In this document: positions 38,072-39,910 of the stretch, piece by piece
Layout: each line of letters begins with the position of its first letter
Position numbering within the stretch: position 1 is the stretch's first letter
NCBI GenBank assembly: GCA_035299065.1
Contig: DATGXI010000168.1
Location: 1-39,910, forward strand
Origin: Flavobacteriales bacterium
GTDB taxonomy: Bacteria > Bacteroidota > Bacteroidia > Flavobacteriales_D > UBA2798
DNA length: 39,910 nt
Reading direction: 5' to 3'
Notes under the pieces: generated by a model
Told to the model about the DNA's origin: nothing
The model's database searches: none
Seen by the model: only the letters and a program-made list of their open reading frames with translations
Translations under genes and position numbers: made by a program

Positions 38072-39061
38072 TTATTCCTTTGGGTATTCTGTTAGTATTC
38101 GTACCGCTCTCCCGGGCATTGTATGTGGCAGTAATCCTGCTTTCAACATAAGCCTTTGGCCCTGGTGACTTGCCATAAAGATAACAAAGCCTGTGCCAAG
38201 GCCTGATTTACCTTCGTGGTTAATCACCAGCACCTTGCGTATCAAGGGGTAAGCACTGTCACCAATACTGGACTGTGAAGGTAAAACAAATTCATTTGTG
38301 TCCTTCAGGCTCTGTAGTGAAATAACCTTAAAATCACGTTTAATGGCCTTACAAAGGGGGTCGTCCTTGTCACTGATAAAATTATAGGGAATAAACCCAA
38401 TCATATTGGGATGATCTATAAGGGAATCCAACAGGTTTGTAACACCCTTGAATGTTCCGCTGTATGGCGAAAACTGCTCGTCTTTTTTGAGGTAATGTTT
38501 CCTGAAATAATTGACCACGCCCGAACCTTTCATGTTGAACCCAAGCAATATTTTTCCACCTACTTTATCGTTTTTAACCAATTCCTGCCAGTTGGTGATT
38601 TTGCCGGTCAACAACTGCGTTAGTTGGTTACGCGTTAGTTTATCCAAGGGGCAGTCTTTGTTCACAATAACCACAATGCCATCACTTGCAATGGGTGTAA
38701 TTACGAGCGGATCTCCTTTTGACTTAAAATAATCAAGGTTTTTTTGCGATGGCATTTCGCCTACCACGGCTATTCGTACTTTGTCGTCCAATAAAGCATT
38801 CATAGCCGAATCTTCGCTCATAAAACCAAGTTCTATTTGCGCATCGGCATAACGTATGTTGTAAACAAAACGCTGGTCATTTAAAATATTTGTATAAGCC
38901 TCATCGGCATAAATGGTAGCTTTTCCATTGGTGAGTGTTGAGTTGTCTTCGTTGCGCTTAACAGGCGGGCTGCAGCTCACGTAAAACAAACCAAACACCA
39001 ATACGGCCCACAGCACTGTGTAGCTTCGCATGATGGTTTTGTATTTTTGCCTGGTATTCAT
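38072..39061 (-). CDS. PstS/PBP-like (PBP_like_2) substrate-binding-domain lipoprotein
   Basis: The start is taken at MNTRQKYKTIMRSYTVLWAVLVFGLFYVSCS, which fits a lipoprotein signal, rather than the longer ORF running to 39103. It has a periplasmic-binding-protein type-2 fold signature (KATIYADEAY...RIAVVGE...DGIVVIVNK...LTRNQLTQLLTGKITNWQEL). No pstCAB permease genes lie nearby. Confidence 0.65.
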   Translation of the reverse strand: MNTRQKYKTIMRSYTVLWAVLVFGLFYVSCSPPVKRNEDNSTLTNGKATIYADEAYTNILNDQRFVYNIRYADAQIELGFMSEDSAMNALLDDKVRIAVVGEMPSQKNLDYFKSKGDPLVITPIASDGIVVIVNKDCPLDKLTRNQLTQLLTGKITNWQELVKNDKVGGKILLGFNMKGSGVVNYFRKHYLKKDEQFSPYSGTFKGVTNLLDSLIDHPNMIGFIPYNFISDKDDPLCKAIKRDFKVISLQSLKDTNEFVLPSQSSIGDSAYPLIRKVLVINHEGKSGLGTGFVIFMASHQGQRLMLKAGLLPHTMPGRAVRILTEYPKE

Positions 39062-39267
39062 TTTCTTTTTCGCCACTGATAGCACAGATGTACACAGATT
39101 CATTTACCGGATATTTAATAACAGTACCCTTATTGGGCTTAATTGTTCAATACCCGCGCTGCCTGTAAAAATAGGGAAAAATTGCTGTGAGATGGCGTAT
39201 GAGCCGGATACGAAAAGATTAAAATATGCAGTAACCTGTACGGTCTGTGACCCTCTTCTTCAGTATG

Positions 39268-39492
39268 TCACATGTCAAAAAAGCCCTTGCCTTCTTTCAA
39301 CGACTTTCGTATGTCGTAAATAAGTTTTCCTAACCTGAAAATTCCATAGCCCAGCAGTACGCCACCAATTACACCACGGTAATAGGGAATGCGGCTATAC
39401 AGCACATTGGTAAATGCTATAAAAAAGCCAAAGGCCATATAAAATATGGCCATGGCAATCGAGAGATATTTTACAAAGCGGGAACCCGTCAT
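39268..39492 (-). CDS. small two-TM membrane protein, hypothetical
   Basis: It is 74 aa with two hydrophobic helices and a basic C-terminus, and the frame is clean. Confidence 0.4.
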   Translation of the reverse strand: MTGSRFVKYLSIAMAIFYMAFGFFIAFTNVLYSRIPYYRGVIGGVLLGYGIFRLGKLIYDIRKSLKEGKGFFDM

Positions 39493-39503
39493 GGGTTGTT
39501 TAC

Positions 39504-39910
39504 TTATTGTGCTATTCTAAAGTTAACCGGCAAAACATATTTTGATTTTACCGCTTTACCATTGTTGTTGGCTGCTTTCCACTTTGGCATCATTTTCACA
39601 ACGCGTACAGCTTCCATATCAAGTCCGGTTGAAACCGAGCGCTTAACTTTTACACCGTTAATGCTTCCATCAGTTCCTACAACAAACTCAATCCACACTT
39701 TACCTTGAATGCCTGAGCTTGATTCCATTTCAGGATACTTGATGTTTTTTTGCAAAAACTTCATCAACTCAGCCTGTCCGCCCGGAAACTCGGCACCTTC
39801 CTGAACCTCGGCCTGGTCAAAAATTTGATCAGGAATTGGAGGATCTTCTTTTTTTGGTGGAGGCAACTGTTCTTCCTCAGTTCCTTTAATGTTTTCGGCA
39901 CCTGTGTTTT
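39504..39910 (-). CDS. TonB C-terminal-domain protein, N-terminus beyond the window (probably a genuine Pro-rich membrane-anchored TonB)
   Basis: The frame is open to the window end. The listed Met is followed by a Pro-rich segment PPPKKEDPPIPD. The TonB_C signature GKVWIEFVVGTDGSINGVKV...LDMEAVRVVKMMPKWKAA...VLPVNFRI is present. Confidence 0.6.
   Translation of the reverse strand, partial: NTGAENIKGTEEEQLPPPKKEDPPIPDQIFDQAEVQEGAEFPGGQAELMKFLQKNIKYPEMESSSGIQGKVWIEFVVGTDGSINGVKVKRSVSTGLDMEAVRVVKMMPKWKAANNNGKAVKSKYVLPVNFRIAQ

Noticed and set aside
1-39910. CRISPR arrays, tRNA/rRNA genes, and transposase, integrase or phage genes.
   Set aside because: I found no regularly spaced repeat arrays, no tRNA T-loop (GTTCGAATC-like) motifs in intergenic DNA, and no recognisable recombinase or phage structural proteins. 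The window looks like a core chromosomal region.

Overview
This is about 40 kb of chromosomal DNA from a Bacteroidota genome, judged from sequence alone. Supporting signs are T9SS C-terminal sorting domains on two large secreted proteins, the lineage-specific IPExxxVDY and DUF5686 families, many signal-peptide-bearing TonB_C proteins, and frequent TAATG/ATGA gene overlaps. GC content is roughly 40-45% (estimated by eye), and coding is dense on both strands. Housekeeping genes present are murI, nadD, pyk, ispD, queA, Nif3 with its COG1579 zinc-ribbon partner, and a YqiK-type flotillin. One carotenoid sub-cluster runs CrtI/CrtD-family desaturase, CruF-like hydratase, crtZ, fused crtYcd, then a coupled unknown ORF. 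The sequence also encodes a TonB-dependent receptor, an S8 peptidase with PKD domains and a T9SS tail, and a radical SAM/SPASM enzyme. Two TPR-plus-transmembrane signalling proteins are present, one with a HisKA_2 kinase output and one with a PP2C phosphatase output. I found no rRNA, tRNA, CRISPR array, transposase or integrase. The most unusual items are these. (1) Three tandem genes encode TonB C-terminal domains behind cleavable signal peptides, one fused to MORN repeats, all translationally coupled to murI-nadD. (2) A perfect 14-bp inverted repeat doubles as the terminator of an upstream PBP-like/TPR operon and occludes the GTG start of the TPR-PP2C phosphatase gene. (3) GGACAA(C/T) x3 and CACACCCACAC x2 repeats lie just upstream of crtY. 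(4) A small secreted His/Cys-rich protein precedes the TonB-dependent receptor. (5) A GC-rich structured island of about 150 bp may be an sRNA.
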